DNA of 64,000 bases from an uncultured Clostridia bacterium (GCA_947632635.1 CANRQA010000001.1:44809-108808); one strand, 5' to 3'; positions 11,422 to 21,889 are shown, counted from the first letter of the stretch. Notes: generated by a model from the sequence alone, not told the origin. A program made the numbers and translations.

Positions 11422-11978
11422 CAATGTATAATAGTAAGTAATATATGAATGTACGTGCGCATAACGCATAAATATATATTGTAACGATAGTTAAATGTAT
11501 TGCACATTAAGTTTATGAGTGGTTATATAATAAAAGGATGATAATTATAAGAGTAAAATGTTGTATATCTTAAAATATGTATATTTTGAATAATGATTTC
11601 ATTTTTAATATTTATAAAAAAATGAAAAAATTAGTATAAAAAAAACAAAAATGCACATTATAATAATAGTATATCATTTATGATATATGATTATGATATA
11701 TGATATATTTTCTATTTTAATTATAGAAAAATATCCGAAAAAGTATGAGTAAAAGTTTATATAATTTACTCATACTTTTATTTGTTTTATTATTATCTTG
11801 CGTAAAAAGCGGCATGGACTCATATAATAAAACACAATAGCTTGTCTGAAATGTAAATGAAAGTGTAAATTTAATTATATAACAATAATGAAAATTAATT
11901 AAATGTACAATATTGACAAGAAAAAAAAATAATAGTAAAATTAATGTATGTATTGAAATAAATATTATGGAGGAACAA

Positions 11979-12734
11979 ATGCTAGAATTAAAAGATATAT
12001 GTTATACAAGAGATAACAAAAAAATATTAAGCCATATAAACTTAAAAATAGATACAAATAGATTTATAGCAATAACAGGGCCAAATGGCTCAGGTAAATC
12101 AACACTTGCAAAAATAATAATGGGAATTAACAAACCAGATACTGGTGTAGTGTTATTTAATGGAAAAGACATTACTAATATGTCAATTGATGAAAGAGCA
12201 AATATTGGAATTGGATTTGCTTTTCAACAACCAGTTAAGTTTAAAGGAATAACTGTGTATGATTTATTAAAAATAGCAACTAAAAAAGATTTGACTAAAA
12301 AAGAAGCATGTGAAGTCTTGTCAAAAGTTGGACTTTGTGCAAACGAATATATAGATAGAGAAATAAATGCATCACTTTCAGGTGGAGAATTAAAAAGAAT
12401 TGAAATAGCAACCGTTGCTTTACGTAAAACAAAATTAACAATATTTGATGAACCAGAAGCAGGTATTGACTTATGGAGTTTTACAAATTTAATTGATATA
12501 TTCGAAAATATAAGAGAAATAGTAAAAGGAACAACACTGGTAATATCACATCAAGAAAGGATACTTGACATAGCAGATAAAATTATATTATTAAAAAATG
12601 GTAAGATAGTACAAGAAGGAAATAGCAGAGAAATATTAAATGCAAATTTTACTTTTAATAAAAAATGCCATAAACTAAAAGAAATAGAAGGTGATAGAAA
12701 AAATGCCAAAAAAATATATAAACAAACTAGATGA
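11979..12734 (+). CDS. sufC: Fe-S cluster assembly ATPase SufC
   Basis: MLELKDICY...ITGPNGSGKSTLAKIIMG Walker A, ABC signature LSGGELKR, Walker B TIFDEPEAGID; start set at ATG 11979 preceded by GGAGG (the track extends to 11913). Confidence 0.85.
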   Translation: MLELKDICYTRDNKKILSHINLKIDTNRFIAITGPNGSGKSTLAKIIMGINKPDTGVVLFNGKDITNMSIDERANIGIGFAFQQPVKFKGITVYDLLKIATKKDLTKKEACEVLSKVGLCANEYIDREINASLSGGELKRIEIATVALRKTKLTIFDEPEAGIDLWSFTNLIDIFENIREIVKGTTLVISHQERILDIADKIILLKNGKIVQEGNSREILNANFTFNKKCHKLKEIEGDRKNAKKIYKQTR

Positions 12735-13635
12735 AGATTTATTAAATAAAATTTCGAATATAGAAAATATACGAATTGGTGCATATAATATTAGGAAAAA
12801 CGGCCAAGGTATAGAAAGAAAAGTAACTGAAAATATAAATATAGTAACAAAAAAAGATAATCCAGGTATTGATATTTATATTAAAGAAAATACGAAAAAT
12901 GAAACGGTCCATATACCAGTTATTTTAACAGATGAGGGACTAAACGATTTAGTATATAATGATTTTTATATAGGAAAAAATGCAAGTGTTACAATAATTG
13001 CAGGTTGTGGCATACATAATGATTATCATATGAATTCACAACATGACGGAATACATAGATTCTTTTTAGAAGAAAATGCACAAGTAAAATATATAGAAAA
13101 GCATTATGGTGAAGGAAATGGTAATGGCAAAAGAATTTTAAATCCAGTTACAGAAGTTTATCTAAAAAAAGGCAGTTTTATGGAGATGGATAGTACTCAA
13201 ATAAAAGGAGTAGATTCAACCATAAGGAAAACTATTGGAACACTTGAAGAAGATACTAATTTTATAATATCAGAAAAAATAATGACATCAGGAAAACAAG
13301 TTGCAAAAACAATATTTGATGTAAAATTAAATGGTAGCAATTCAAAAACTCATGTTGTATCTAGATCTGTTGCAACTGATAATTCAAAACAACATTTTAA
13401 ATCTATTATATATGGTAATTCAAAATGTTATGCAAGAAGTGAATGTGATGCAATTATTAAAGATAATGCAAAAGTTACAGCAATACCTAAAATTACTGCA
13501 AATAATATTGACGCAAATTTAGTACACGAGGCTGCAATTGGTAAGATAGCGGGTGAACAGCTTATAAAACTTATGACCTTAGGCTTAACTGAAAAACAAG
13601 CAGAAGAAGAAATAATAAAGGGATTTTTAAATTAA
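12703..13635 (+). CDS. sufB: SufB/SufD-family Fe-S assembly protein (short form)
   Basis: C-terminal HEAAIGKIAGEQLIKLMTLGLTEKQAEEEIIKGFL is the typical SufB/D C-terminus; overlaps sufC stop, RBS GAAGGTGA before ATG 12703. Confidence 0.8.
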   Translation: MPKKYINKLDEDLLNKISNIENIRIGAYNIRKNGQGIERKVTENINIVTKKDNPGIDIYIKENTKNETVHIPVILTDEGLNDLVYNDFYIGKNASVTIIAGCGIHNDYHMNSQHDGIHRFFLEENAQVKYIEKHYGEGNGNGKRILNPVTEVYLKKGSFMEMDSTQIKGVDSTIRKTIGTLEEDTNFIISEKIMTSGKQVAKTIFDVKLNGSNSKTHVVSRSVATDNSKQHFKSIIYGNSKCYARSECDAIIKDNAKVTAIPKITANNIDANLVHEAAIGKIAGEQLIKLMTLGLTEKQAEEEIIKGFLN

Positions 13636-13875
13636 ACAAAATTATAAAGAAGTGTAGTCTTAGTATATTACACCTCTTATTTTTTTCTGTTAAAATAAAA
13701 ATGTTAGAAAAATTTTATGAAAAATTTTATCTTCTAATGTGTATAAGTACTTGACAATATCAATAGCATTGAAAAATTCGAAAAAATAATGGGGTAAACA
13801 AAAAATTATATAAAACTTGCATTTTGCTAGAAATCTGTTATAATATATTATGTATATAAATTAACCAATATTCAA

Positions 13876-14577
13876 ATGAAAATGGAGGAATTGATTTTGA
13901 AAAGGATCTTAAGCTTGATTTTATCAGCTTCTATGCTTACTTTAGCTATTACACTACTTTTTGAGTGTGTAATTAACCATGAATATTATCCTATCATGAC
14001 CGTTCATGCTGCAAATAGAGTAGATGAACAGGCAAAAGAAATTCGGTGGCTTATCGTTACAAAACCAATAGTTTATGCATATGATAAAACCAAATTAAGT
14101 GATGTAGGCTATGAACTGCATGAAACAGAACTCTATGAAATGACAGATATTGTTAAGTCTGAAGATGGATCACTTTGGTATGAAATTATATATAAAGGTT
14201 CAAAAAAATACATACTTTCTACAGATATTGAATGCTTTTCACAATTTCTAAAAAAAACAAATGAAAGTAAAAATGAAAAATATGAAAATGAAGAGTATAC
14301 TAAAAACATGATACCTTTAGGTCAGTATCGGCTTTCATTTTATGCAGGAGATACTGAAACCGCAACTGGTGCAACTCCAACTGTTGGAAGAACAATTGCT
14401 GTTGATCCAAAAGTTATTCCATTACACTCTCATGTGTATATAAAAGGTATGGGAGAATTTGTAGCAGAAGACACCGGAGGCCTTATAAAAGGAAAGCGAA
14501 TTGATGTTTTTCTATCTTCAGCGGAAGAATGCTTTGAAAGAGGAATAGAATATAGAGATGTTTATTTAATAAAATAA
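13876..14577 (+). CDS. 3D-domain (MltA-like) cell-wall protein, YabE/YuiC-like
   Basis: C-terminal GQYRLSFYAGDTETATGATPTVGRTIAVDPKVIPLHSHVYIKGMGEFVAEDTGGLIKGKRIDVF is a 3D domain with conserved Asp; N-terminal signal/TM. Start uncertain (GGAGG lies inside the first codons, so a TTG at 13893/13899 is possible). Confidence 0.7.
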   Translation: MKMEELILKRILSLILSASMLTLAITLLFECVINHEYYPIMTVHAANRVDEQAKEIRWLIVTKPIVYAYDKTKLSDVGYELHETELYEMTDIVKSEDGSLWYEIIYKGSKKYILSTDIECFSQFLKKTNESKNEKYENEEYTKNMIPLGQYRLSFYAGDTETATGATPTVGRTIAVDPKVIPLHSHVYIKGMGEFVAEDTGGLIKGKRIDVFLSSAEECFERGIEYRDVYLIK

Positions 14578-14668
14578 TTTAAATCAGGGTGGTAAATTTT
14601 ACTACCCTGACTTTTTTCTTGAAAATTATATATTTTTAGTGTATAATTTTATATGTAAAAAGGAATGT

Positions 14669-15466
14669 ATTATGAAAGAATTAATTTTAAATGAAAATGA
14701 AAGATTAGATGATTTAGGAATTAATGATTTAAAACTTATTCAAAATAAAGAATATTTTTGCTTTGGAACAGATAGTGCACTTCTTGCAAATTTTGTTATT
14801 TCAAATAATTCAAAAAATGTAATACTAGACCTATGCAGTGGATCTGGTGTTATACCATTAATAATATCTGCTAAAAAGAAATATAGTAAGATAATAGGAA
14901 TTGAGATACAAAAAGAAATGTATGATTTATTTAAAAGAAACATAGCATACAATAATCTGCAAGATAAAATATATAGTATTTGCGGAGATATTTGTAATAT
15001 AATAGTCTTAAGAGAAGAAATAAAAAAAGAAACAGACAAAGAAGAAGTAGACATAGTAGTATGTAATCCACCATATAAAAATATAGGTAGTGGAATAGTT
15101 AATAGTAACAATGTAAAATATATAGCAAGACATGAAGTAAAATGCACACTTGAGGATGTTTTTAAAACTACATCTAAAATATTAAAAGAAAAAGGCAAGT
15201 TATATTTAGTACATAAACCCCAAAGACTAGTAGACCTATTTTATATCGCAAGAAAATATAACTTTGAAGCCAAAACACTAAGATTTGTAATACCCAAAAT
15301 AGGACTTGCTCCAAGTATAGTTCTAATTGAATATACAAAAAATGGTGGAAATGAATTAAAAGTATTACCACCACTTATTGAATATAACGAGGATAACAGT
15401 TATACAAAAGAATTTTTAGATATTTATGGTATAGACATTGAAAGGAAAGATATAAATGAAAAATAA
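14669..15466 (+). CDS. SAM-dependent methyltransferase, YabB/TrmN6-like (tRNA m6A37 methyltransferase family)
   Basis: motif I ILDLCSGSGVIPL and N6-MTase motif VVCNPPY; conserved position upstream of rsmI as in Bacillus yabB-yazA-yabC. Confidence 0.7.
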   Translation: MMKELILNENERLDDLGINDLKLIQNKEYFCFGTDSALLANFVISNNSKNVILDLCSGSGVIPLIISAKKKYSKIIGIEIQKEMYDLFKRNIAYNNLQDKIYSICGDICNIIVLREEIKKETDKEEVDIVVCNPPYKNIGSGIVNSNNVKYIARHEVKCTLEDVFKTTSKILKEKGKLYLVHKPQRLVDLFYIARKYNFEAKTLRFVIPKIGLAPSIVLIEYTKNGGNELKVLPPLIEYNEDNSYTKEFLDIYGIDIERKDINEK

Positions 15467-16301
15467 CAAGGGGAAACTGTATATAGTTGGTACTCCTATA
15501 GGAAATTTAGCAGATATTACATTAAGAGCTATTGAAACATTAAAAAAAGTAGATGTAATACTTGCAGAAGATACAAGACAAACATTAAAACTTTTGAACT
15601 ATTTTAATATACAAAAACATATGATAAGTTATCATAGACATAATGAAGATGAAAAAATTGAAAAAGTTGTTGAGCTTATTGAAAGCGGTAAAGATTTAGC
15701 ACTAGTTTCAGATGCGGGTATGCCAATAATATCTGACCCAGGTCAAAATTTAATTAAATATTTAGTAACAAATAATTATAACGTTGAAGTAATACCCGGA
15801 GTTACAGCACTTATAACAGGGGTTGTTATGAGTGGACTTGATAGTACAAGATTTACATTTGAGGGCTTTTTATCTGTTAATAAAAAACAAAGAAAAACAA
15901 GACTTGAAGAATTACAAACTGAAAAACGTACAATGATTTTTTATGAGGCACCACATAAACTTCTTGCAACTTTACAAGATTTATATAAATATTTTGGTAA
16001 TAGAAATATATGTATTGCAAGAGAACTTACAAAGATACATGAAGAATATATTTATACTACACTATTAGATGCAATAAAAATGGTAGAAGAAAATGGAATA
16101 AAAGGAGAAATTGTACTTGTAGTTGAGGGAGAAAAAAATAGTTTAAAAGCAAGTGATGAAAATATTTTAAATACTAGTAACAAAGAATTAGTTTTAAACG
16201 AAATAAAAGCTGGTCTTGATAAAAAAGAAGCAATAAAAAAGATTGCAAAACTTAAAGGCTTAACTAAAAATGAAGTTTATCAGGAGTGTATTGATATATA
16301 A
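15456..16301 (+). CDS. rsmI: 16S rRNA (cytidine1402-2'-O)-methyltransferase RsmI
   Basis: GKLYIVGTPIGNLADITLRAIETLKKVDVILAEDTR tetrapyrrole-methylase-type fold typical of RsmI. Confidence 0.9.
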   Translation: MKNNKGKLYIVGTPIGNLADITLRAIETLKKVDVILAEDTRQTLKLLNYFNIQKHMISYHRHNEDEKIEKVVELIESGKDLALVSDAGMPIISDPGQNLIKYLVTNNYNVEVIPGVTALITGVVMSGLDSTRFTFEGFLSVNKKQRKTRLEELQTEKRTMIFYEAPHKLLATLQDLYKYFGNRNICIARELTKIHEEYIYTTLLDAIKMVEENGIKGEIVLVVEGEKNSLKASDENILNTSNKELVLNEIKAGLDKKEAIKKIAKLKGLTKNEVYQECIDI

Positions 16302-16317
16302 TTTGAGGGTGAGTAGT

Positions 16318-16942
16318 ATGCAAGAAAAAGAAATAACAAGACTTGATAATATGCTAAAACATGAAAGAGAGTTATATAAAAAGGGATATATAAATATATG
16401 CGGGGTTGATGAGGCAGGACGTGGTCCACTATGTCGGCCCAGTAGTAGCTGCTGCGGTAATATTACCTAAAAACGCACATATAGAGGGAGTAAATGACTC
16501 AAAAAAATTAAGTGAAAAGAAAAGAGAACTTCTCTATCAGGTTATAACGAAAGAAGCTGTTGCAGTAGGTGTAGGTATAAAAGATGTAGATGTAATAGAA
16601 AGTGTAAATATTTTAAATGCAACAAAACTTGCAATGAAAGAAGCTATTAATAATTTAAAAGTAAAACCTGATTATGTATTAATAGATGGAAATCAAATGA
16701 TAGATATAGATATAAAAGCAGAAACTGTTGTATCTGGAGATGCGGTATCTGAGTCAATTGCTGCAGCTTCAATTATTGCTAAAGTAACGAGGGACAAAAT
16801 GCTATATGAATATGACAAAATGTATCCCCAATATGGCTTTGCAAAAAATAAAGGATATGGTACAAAACAACATATAGAAGCAATAAAAAAATATGGACTT
16901 ACTAAAATACATAGAGAAAGTTTTTGTAAAAAATTTATTTAA
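16318..16942 (+). pseudogene. rnhB: ribonuclease HII with an apparent +1 frameshift inside the catalytic N-terminal motif
   Basis: MQEKEITRL...INICGVDEAGRGPL then the frame breaks (CRPSSSCCGNIT, stop 16470); the canonical continuation VGPVVAAAVILPKN...LIDGNQ is in the +1 frame (track ORF 16406..16942). Confidence 0.8.
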
Positions 16943-16996
16943 AGAAATTTAGAACTAATTAAATTATTAGTTAATTATATGAAATGAGGTAAAAAA

Positions 16997-17770
16997 ATGA
17001 AGTTAGTATCATGGAATGTTAATGGTTTAAGATCATGTATGACAAAAGGACTTGAGGAATTTTTTAAAAATGAAAAACCAGATATATTTGCAGTTCAAGA
17101 AACTAAAATGCAAGAAGAACAATTTGATATAATAATGCAAAATGTATTTAATGGATATTATACGTATTTTAATAGTGCCATAAAAAAAGGATATTCAGGA
17201 ACAGCAGTATTTACAAAGAATAAACCAATAAATGTTACTTATGGAATAGGAATAGATGAGTTTGATACAGAGGGACGCGTTATAACTTTAGAATTTTCTT
17301 CCTTTTATTTTGTAAATTGTTATACTCCAAATGTAAAACGTAGTTTAGAAAGACTTGGATTTAGAATGAAATGGGAAGATAGTTTTAGAAATTATTTATT
17401 AACCTTAAAAGCAAAAAAAGAAGTTATTTTGTGTGGAGATTTAAATGTTGCACATAATGAGATAGATATAAAAAACGCAAAAACTAATGTAGGAAATGCT
17501 GGATTTACAAATGAAGAGCGTGGTAAAATGACAGAGCTTTTAAAATCAGGTTTTGTTGATACTTTTAGGTATAAGTATAAAGATGAAAAAGATAAATATA
17601 CTTGGTGGTCATATATGAGAAATGCAAGAGAAAAAAATATAGGTTGGCGTATTGATTATTTTATAACCACTGAGAATTTAAAAGAAAAAATTGTTGACGC
17701 CGTTATATATGATAATATATATGGTAGTGATCATTGTCCTGTAGGACTCCAAATTGATATAACTAATTAA
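16997..17770 (+). CDS. xth: exodeoxyribonuclease III
   Basis: MKLVSWNVNGLRS, FAVQETK, GDLNVAHNEIDI, SDHCPV motifs of the ExoIII/APE1 family. Confidence 0.9.
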   Translation: MKLVSWNVNGLRSCMTKGLEEFFKNEKPDIFAVQETKMQEEQFDIIMQNVFNGYYTYFNSAIKKGYSGTAVFTKNKPINVTYGIGIDEFDTEGRVITLEFSSFYFVNCYTPNVKRSLERLGFRMKWEDSFRNYLLTLKAKKEVILCGDLNVAHNEIDIKNAKTNVGNAGFTNEERGKMTELLKSGFVDTFRYKYKDEKDKYTWWSYMRNAREKNIGWRIDYFITTENLKEKIVDAVIYDNIYGSDHCPVGLQIDITN

Positions 17771-17838
17771 TTTGAAATCTTTAGTTTGTTTTAGTTGAAA
17801 TATTAAAATATTTATAGTAGAATAATGTAGGTGATAAT

Positions 17839-19290
17839 ATGAGTTTATTAAAGAAAGAAGATATACAAGAAATATTAAGTGAAGAATTAGATAATCTTGA
17901 AAAAGTTTCTGGTACATATGACATACAAAAAACTCCAAGACAAATATGGCAAGAAGAAGATTTTAAGGCAATGCTTAAAAATTATACAAAAAAATATGGT
18001 GTTGATATACAACAAGAGTTAAGAGCATACCTTACACCTGTTGCTATGGAAAAACTTAAGGCTTCACTTGAGGGAAAAGATATAGGTGAAATAAAAAAAG
18101 AAGAACAAAAAGAACTAGTAAAAGAAAAAGCAGAACTTTCAAAAGAAGGAATTGCTTTAGAAAAGCCTGAAGAGAAAAAATTAGAAGAAAAAGTAGAACA
18201 GGAAAAAGAAAAAGGAAATGAAGTAAATATACAAGCAGAGGCTATAAAAGCAATATATAATTCTATTCTTGAAGAGTATTATAATCTAAAAGAAAATTTG
18301 CAAACAGGTGTAAATGGAAAAATACAAACAGGAAGTCTAAGTGTTGGCGATAAAATGGGTACAAAACTTGTAATGTATGAAAGATATTTACAAAAGTTAG
18401 ATACAAGATACCGTGGAATTACTGGACAAAATATTGTAAAAGATGATGATGAAACAAGAGAAAAAGAAACTTTATTTGCAGGTAAAGATGAGCATAACGA
18501 AAGTAGGTCAAATAAAAAATTTGAAAAAAATGTAGATGATATAAATAGGCTTTTAGATGAAAGGGCAGAAATTGAAGAAAAAATGGCTGTAGTTATAAGT
18601 AAGGCACGTATGTTATCACAAGATGATTTTAACTCTCAAATAAATGCTTTACAAGAAGAATATTTAGAGGTAACCGCTAGATTACATTTAATGGAGCCAA
18701 ATATACATGAACTTGAACAAGATATAGCTATGCATGAAAGTGATGAAAAGTTTAGAGATAGAACACTTGGTAATGCTTTTGATAAATATCATAATAGAAA
18801 CTTAAGAGATGATAAAGTTGCAGCAGACTCAAGAAAAAATGATGAAAAGGTTAAAGATATAAAAGAAGATTTTAATAACAAAGTAAGTGATACTTTCGTT
18901 TCAACTCAAGATGTTGCACAAGATACATTAGATGATTATAGAGAGGCTGAAAAAAAAGGCGATACAGAAAGAGCAGAAGAGATTTTACAGACTGCTGAAG
19001 GAATGGCTGGTATTAGTACTGCTGAAAGAAAAGCACCAGAAGAAAATAGCACAGATGTAAAATCTCAAGAAGAATATGGTGAGGCAGCTGATACAATGAG
19101 TGAGGATAAAAAGGCAAGTAATAAAAACTCATTTGATCCACGTCTTAATGCTGTTGCAACAGATGAGGAAACTTTAGAGCAAGAAAATGAAAGAAAAGCA
19201 AAAGAAGAAAGAGAAAAAAGAGCAGAAGTAGCTCAAGAAAAGATAAATAGCAATAATGCTATGGAAAGATCGTTATATAATAGAAAGTAG
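17839..19290 (+). CDS. hypothetical highly charged (Glu/Lys-rich) soluble protein
   Basis: 483-aa ORF, RBS TAGGTGATAA, no TM helix, low-complexity charged segments; no family recognised. Confidence 0.5.
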   Translation: MSLLKKEDIQEILSEELDNLEKVSGTYDIQKTPRQIWQEEDFKAMLKNYTKKYGVDIQQELRAYLTPVAMEKLKASLEGKDIGEIKKEEQKELVKEKAELSKEGIALEKPEEKKLEEKVEQEKEKGNEVNIQAEAIKAIYNSILEEYYNLKENLQTGVNGKIQTGSLSVGDKMGTKLVMYERYLQKLDTRYRGITGQNIVKDDDETREKETLFAGKDEHNESRSNKKFEKNVDDINRLLDERAEIEEKMAVVISKARMLSQDDFNSQINALQEEYLEVTARLHLMEPNIHELEQDIAMHESDEKFRDRTLGNAFDKYHNRNLRDDKVAADSRKNDEKVKDIKEDFNNKVSDTFVSTQDVAQDTLDDYREAEKKGDTERAEEILQTAEGMAGISTAERKAPEENSTDVKSQEEYGEAADTMSEDKKASNKNSFDPRLNAVATDEETLEQENERKAKEEREKRAEVAQEKINSNNAMERSLYNRK

Positions 19291-19301
19291 GAGGTAATAT
19301 T

Positions 19302-20246
19302 ATGGGACTTGTAACAACTAAAAAAATGTTTGAGGATGCATATAAAGGTGGATATGCAATAGGTGCTTTTAATGTAAACAATATGGAAATAATACAAGGA
19401 ATTATGGAGGCTGCAAGTAAAACAAATGCTCCAGTTATTTTGCAAGTATCAGCTGGTGCTAGAAAGTATGCAAATCCAATATATTTAAAAAAACTTGTAG
19501 AGGCTGCAATTGAATGTAATAAACAGTCAGGTAAAGATATACCTGTTGTACTTCATTTAGATCATGGACCTGATTTTGAAACTTGCAAAGACTGCATTGA
19601 TGGTGGCTTTACATCAGTAATGATTGATGGCTCAAAATATAGTTTTGAGGAAAATGTTGCGCTTACAAAAAAGGTAGTAGACTACGCACATAAAAGGGGA
19701 GTTGTAGTTGAGGCTGAACTTGGTAAACTTGCTGGAATAGAAGATGATGTAAATGTATCACAAAGTGATGCAATGTACACTGACCCAAAAGAAGCAGAAG
19801 AATTTGTAAAGCAAACAGGATGTGACTCTCTTGCTATAGCAATTGGTACAAGTCATGGCGCATATAAATTTAAAGGTGAGGCAAAATTAAGATTTGATAT
19901 ATTAGAAGAAGTAGCAAAAAGATTACCTAATTTTCCAATTGTACTTCATGGAGCTTCTTCTGTACCACAAGAATTTGTTGATATGTGTAATAAATATGGT
20001 GGTAGTATCCCAGGAGCAAAAGGTGTACCAGAAGAAATGTTAAGAAAAGCTGCTACTATGGCAGTATGTAAGATAAATATAGATAGTGATATACGTCTTG
20101 CAATGACTGCAAATATTAGAGAGTGTTTTGTTAATGAGCCTGAGGTTTTTGATCCAAGAACTTATTTAGGAAAAGCAAGAAAAGCCGTAGAAGATATGGT
20201 AACACATAAAATTGTAGATGTACTTGGATGTAATGATAAAGCATAA
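19302..20246 (+). CDS. fba: class II fructose-bisphosphate aldolase
   Basis: GGYAIGAFNVNNME, LHLDHG, SVMIDGS, IGTSHGAYKF, VLHGASSVP motifs. Confidence 0.9.
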   Translation: MGLVTTKKMFEDAYKGGYAIGAFNVNNMEIIQGIMEAASKTNAPVILQVSAGARKYANPIYLKKLVEAAIECNKQSGKDIPVVLHLDHGPDFETCKDCIDGGFTSVMIDGSKYSFEENVALTKKVVDYAHKRGVVVEAELGKLAGIEDDVNVSQSDAMYTDPKEAEEFVKQTGCDSLAIAIGTSHGAYKFKGEAKLRFDILEEVAKRLPNFPIVLHGASSVPQEFVDMCNKYGGSIPGAKGVPEEMLRKAATMAVCKINIDSDIRLAMTANIRECFVNEPEVFDPRTYLGKARKAVEDMVTHKIVDVLGCNDKA

Positions 20247-20260
20247 TTTGAGGTGATAAT

Positions 20261-20512
20261 GTGAGATATAGATATGTTCCAACAGGTGTCTGTTCGAAAG
20301 AGTTTTTAATTGATATTGAAGATGATACAATAAAGGAAATAAAAATAGTTGGTGGCTGCCCTGGAAATACAATGGGTATTTCAAAATTACTAGAGGGTAT
20401 GAAAGTTAAAGAGGCAATAAAAAAATTAAAAGGCATACCTTGTGGCTTTAAAAATACGTCTTGTCCAGACCAAGTTGCAAAAGCGTTAGAAGAAATAGAA
20501 AAAAATAAATAA
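20261..20512 (+). CDS. TSCPD-domain small protein
   Basis: CPGNTMG...NTSCPDQ motif; GTG start 4 nt after GAGGTGA. Confidence 0.65.
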   Translation: MRYRYVPTGVCSKEFLIDIEDDTIKEIKIVGGCPGNTMGISKLLEGMKVKEAIKKLKGIPCGFKNTSCPDQVAKALEEIEKNK

Positions 20513-20547
20513 CTTTTTGCGTTACAGTTTTGCAGATAAATTTGAAT

Positions 20548-20596
20548 AGTAACTCTTGTTTACGTATGGTTAGTAAATAAGAGTTATTATTTTTTA
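20548..20596 (+). terminator. rho-independent terminator
   Basis: AGTAACTCTT...AAGAGTTATT stem followed by ATTTTTTAA. Confidence 0.45.
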
Positions 20597-20714
20597 ATTA
20601 TGTAACGTTGTTATAACAAATAACATATTAAATAATTTTAAAATATTGAATTATAAAAATATATAATATAAAATAAATAGTAAATAAGTCGAAATTTGTA
20701 ATAAAGGGGTATAT

Positions 20715-21083
20715 ATGAAAATTAAGATAAAATTGTTAAAGATTATGTCAAAAATAGAAAACTTTTTAGGAAATTGGCCACTTTTTTTATTTATTTTTGC
20801 GATATTTTTAGGAATTACAGCAAGTATATTAAATGAAAAAATTATGAAAATGAACGAATTTACAAGAGATGATATCATTTATATGATAAGTGAAGTAGAA
20901 AGAGAATATGGTAATGGGGAAAAATTTATTCTTTTAGATACTGATATTAATATTATAGAAAAAAATGTGGGATATGATTATGATTTGCATCATGCAGAAA
21001 AAGAATATATAGGTTTAAACTGTGCTTTAATGGGTTATTTTGAAAATCATGAGGACAAGCGGATATTATGTGAATTTTTGTAG
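20715..21083 (+). CDS. hypothetical protein with one TM helix
   Basis: 122-aa ORF, weak RBS; no family recognised. Confidence 0.35.
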   Translation: MKIKIKLLKIMSKIENFLGNWPLFLFIFAIFLGITASILNEKIMKMNEFTRDDIIYMISEVEREYGNGEKFILLDTDINIIEKNVGYDYDLHHAEKEYIGLNCALMGYFENHEDKRILCEFL

Positions 21084-21187
21084 ATATGTTGCCGATTGCC
21101 CATACAAAGAAGGGAATAATGTTATAATAATGAATTATGTAGATGATGATTTTGATATAACACGTTTTTTAGAGGGAGGTGGATGAT

Positions 21188-21379
21188 ATGGTATTATTAA
21201 TTTGTTCAATCGTTATGATAATTTGTGGTCTAGCATTTCTAATTATACCAAAAGATAAATTAGTAAATGAAAGTAAACTAAAACCGGGACAGACTGTAGA
21301 AAGTGCAGCAAAAAACTTTAGAATATATGGTATTGTTTTTATAGTTGCTGGAATTATGTTTTTAATTTTTAATATGTAA
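21188..21379 (+). CDS. small 63-aa two-TM membrane protein
   Basis: GGGAGG RBS 9 nt upstream of ATG 21188 (the track starts at a GTG inside the RBS). Confidence 0.45.
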   Translation: MVLLICSIVMIICGLAFLIIPKDKLVNESKLKPGQTVESAAKNFRIYGIVFIVAGIMFLIFNM

Positions 21380-21519
21380 AGTTATATATAATATGTTAGA
21401 TTAGAAAGTCTATTTTATCTTATGGGCTTTCTTTTTTGTGGTTAAAAAATTTTAGATAGAAATGCTAAAATTTTTAAAAACTATTGACTTTTGTTAATAA
21501 AATAAGTTACAATGAATAT

Positions 21520-21712
21520 AATAATATAGATACTTTAATGTATCTTGTCCAAATCAAATGTTAGCCGCAACCCTGTTTTGCGGGGTATAAATTCACAGGT
21601 GTACAAATGTTACTCGGAGCCCTACTTCCGACAAATAAATGCGTAGGTGGACAAATGTTAATAAAAGTTAAAAGTAAGAAAGTCTATTTTATCTTATAGA
21701 CTTTCTTTTATT
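21520..21712 (+). ncRNA. candidate small RNA (~190 nt) carrying three ACAAATGTTA motifs spaced ~48 nt apart, each followed by a GC-rich hairpin
   Basis: TTGACT-N17-TACAAT promoter at 21485-21513; GC-rich hairpins (CCGCAA..TTGCGG, TCGGAG..TTCCGA) in an AT-rich genome; perfect terminator AGAAAGTCTA..TAGACTTTCT+T-run at 21677-21712; no ORF. Confidence 0.35.
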
Positions 21713-21889
21713 TGCATATTTTTTATACTATTTTTACAGTTTTACTTGAAGAAATAACCTATTTGTAGTATAATATCCATAATAATAAAAGGGGTAATTG
21801 TAGTAATAATTTGTGGGTATATTTAGATTTAGAAATATCTAGAAATTATTATTACAACCTTTTATTTATATACTAAAGGAGGAAAATTT

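Noticed and set aside
16270-16317. Upstream extension of rnhB to the ATG at 16270
   Set aside because: The extension overlaps the rsmI 3' end and lacks an RBS. The ATG at 16318 is preceded by GAGGGTGA and matches the usual RNase HII N-terminus.
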